Part shown: positions 61,469-64,000 of the stretch, in pieces
Position numbering within the stretch: the first letter of the stretch is position 1
Layout of the letters: every line of letters starts with the position of its first letter
NCBI GenBank assembly: GCA_964016885.1
Contig: OZ024759.1
Coordinates: 34,100,001 to 34,164,000, forward strand
DNA: 64,000 nucleotides
Source: Eledone cirrhosa
Taxonomy: Eukaryota
Direction of reading: 5' to 3'
Made by a program: the position numbers and the translations under genes
Notes under the pieces: model-generated
Databases searched by the model: none
The model's input: the letters and a program-made list of their open reading frames with translations, nothing else
Told to the model about the DNA's origin: nothing

Positions 61469-63833
61469 TTCAAGGGATGACAATTTCTTTTCTTTTACAA
61501 CCTTGCCACCAGGAAGGTGGCCGGTCAAAAATATACTCGAAATTAAGAGAAAGAGAGAACATACATACAGAAAGTTGTTCCAGTCCAAACATTCAAAGGA
61601 TATTTTGTTGAAAGATATAACGCCAGCAATGATATGTTTCATGCTTTAATCTGGGTCATTATTCACCTGAACACCTTATCCATTGAAATATATTTGTTTA
61701 AATCATTAATTGAATTCGTTGTTATTTTGTAAACAGCCCATTGTTTCTTTTCAAGCGAACACCCCAGCATGCATCACGTTAACGGAAGTTAATGACAGAA
61801 AAGAAATGTAGCAACAGAGAAGAACATATTGTGTAAGTGTGTTTGTATAGAGGCAACACAGTAAGATTTAACTGTTGGAAAATCAAATAATACTGATATT
61901 TTCTTTTCTTTAAAACTACACTGGTATTATATTTCCAGTACTAATACAAAGACTAACAGTTATACAATAAGACCATACCTCACACCACAAAACAAAAAAA
62001 CAAAGGGTAATATAATGAAAAACAAACAGCATAATGGTTTTTAGTTTTGTGTATAACAATAGAGCTTTTTTTAACAAAACTAATGTGACAAAATAAATTT
62101 ATTTTATTATAAAGTCTAACATTTTATGAAAGTAAATATATTTCCATTGAAAAATAAACTAATTTCAACGAAAAATAATTTTTCTTCATTACAATTTTTC
62201 ATTATTTGTTTTTCGAAAATATTTTTTGTTATTTTGGTGAGAAAGTTTCTATTAGAAAACATGGAATATCAAATATATCATTACATCAAAGAGAAATTAA
62301 GAAAACTTTAAAAGATTTCTCATAAATTTACTTTAATAACTTTACAATAAGAGAGAACAATGAGCTAAAGAAAAAAAATGACAATTGCTTAGTAATTTAT
62401 GAACTAAAGTTAAATGCGTATATATTGTAGAGAAATATCACACAACTTCATCTAGGTTATTTATCCATACACTTGCAGTAGCTATGGGCGAACAACCAAA
62501 TATAATTTTGAAAGTTACAACAGTCTATATTTCTTTGTTTCTTTGGAAGTATATTATATTTAACATGGTATCTCAATATTTAAATTGCTATGTTTCTGTT
62601 CAACGTACAACGAAAGAATTTCCTATGTCTATTATTGTTAGGCTTCCGGTTGATAGTTTTAATAAATATCTTCGAATATGTTTAGGTGATGACATTGTGA
62701 CGTAATAAAACATGTCTTCCCCTGGCATAGATAAAATGTTGATACATGTATTATAAGTGTGTGGGCTACCGGCAAGCAATACAATATACAATTATTGTCT
62801 TTGTCTTACGTCAAGGTTAGGTAATAATTCCAATAATTGGCTGCCATTTTTGTAGGCTTTGGGCAACGTAAATTTTATTGCAATATATATCATGCAAAGA
62901 AATTATTTATATAGTTATTTTCTTCCTGTAATTTGACTAGTACAATAAATAATGTAGTACAATATTTACAAATCTTTTTTGCCAGAAGTTTCACAAGCTA
63001 GCATATGTATACTATGTTACACAGTGTTAAAATAGTATTAATATAGTAGGTGATATAATATTAAAACTCTAATAAATTGTAGGTTATGTCATTTGTAGCG
63101 CAATGCAACATTCCAGTAAGTCAACAGAGTTATATGGCTGTCAAACATATAGGCTACGGGCTTGTAATATAATATAGTATTTATGATCGTAGTAAGTCAA
63201 TAAATTTAATAAAATTATTGCCATCTGTGTTAGGATATGGGTCTGTAACCTAATATAATGTTATAAGTCTGGTGAATGTTGATATTTCTTATATTTTTTT
63301 AATCAATAAACAACTGACATTTATGAAAAGTCTGGTGTGTTTTTCCGAAGTAAAACACATTTTTAAAATTACAGCAAACAGGATAAATAACGAAATTGAA
63401 ATGAAATAAATGCAAAACGTAAAAGCAGATAAAAAACCGAAATGCATTCATGATGATAAAAACTACAACAACAACAACGACAATAATAGTAATACTAATA
63501 ATAATAATAACAAGAATATAACTAACAACAAAGTAAAAAGTAACAGTGAATAAGATTAGAAGAGAGGAAAATACATTTAAAAATAAATAATTTGAAATGA
63601 AATATGAAATGTCTACATTTTGAAAGATATGTTAAACAATTTGCTTAAATTCGAAATTATTTACAATTATGTTTTCGGTAAACTGGAAAATGAAATAAGA
63701 AAAATATATGATGTGAGTGAAAGGCTTCACGTATGAAATGTAATTAAAGGTAATTGTACATCATTAAAAAAATATAGAAATATATATTTGTAAATACATG
63801 TATCATAAATGTATATATTTATATATAGTTATG

Positions 63834-63901
<68 letters not shown>

Positions 63902-64000
63902 TTTATATAAAAGATATATGAATTTCTGAGCTTCGACATTTAGTTACTATGAAATGTCTCTTCGATCGTGACTATTTCTAAAGATTATATATATATATAT

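Overview
AT-rich, repeat-dominated animal genomic DNA, most likely octopod cephalopod (inferred from the tRNA-derived Meta-domain and CORE-domain SINEs and the very large (TA)n load). No intact protein-coding gene can be supported, and nearly all listed ORFs are microsatellite translation artefacts. Recognisable coding relics are C-terminal restriction-like endonuclease fragments of non-LTR retrotransposons (two CRE-like, one R4/Dong-like) and RTE-like ends. There is also one hAT-type non-autonomous DNA transposon carrying two convergent tRNA-like modules. The most striking signal is a set of short elements inserted into (TA)n. Each has a fixed end against the TA tract and a variable-length fold-back at the other end, and several carry minimal type I hammerhead ribozyme motifs. 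Two long palindromes (500-739 and 33976-34350) encode a hammerhead on both strands. This resembles Penelope-like pLTR biology, but the dual-polarity hairpin form deserves testing. A few splice-bounded segments on the minus strand may belong to a spliced transcript, at low confidence. Coordinates were counted by eye and may be off by a few bases.
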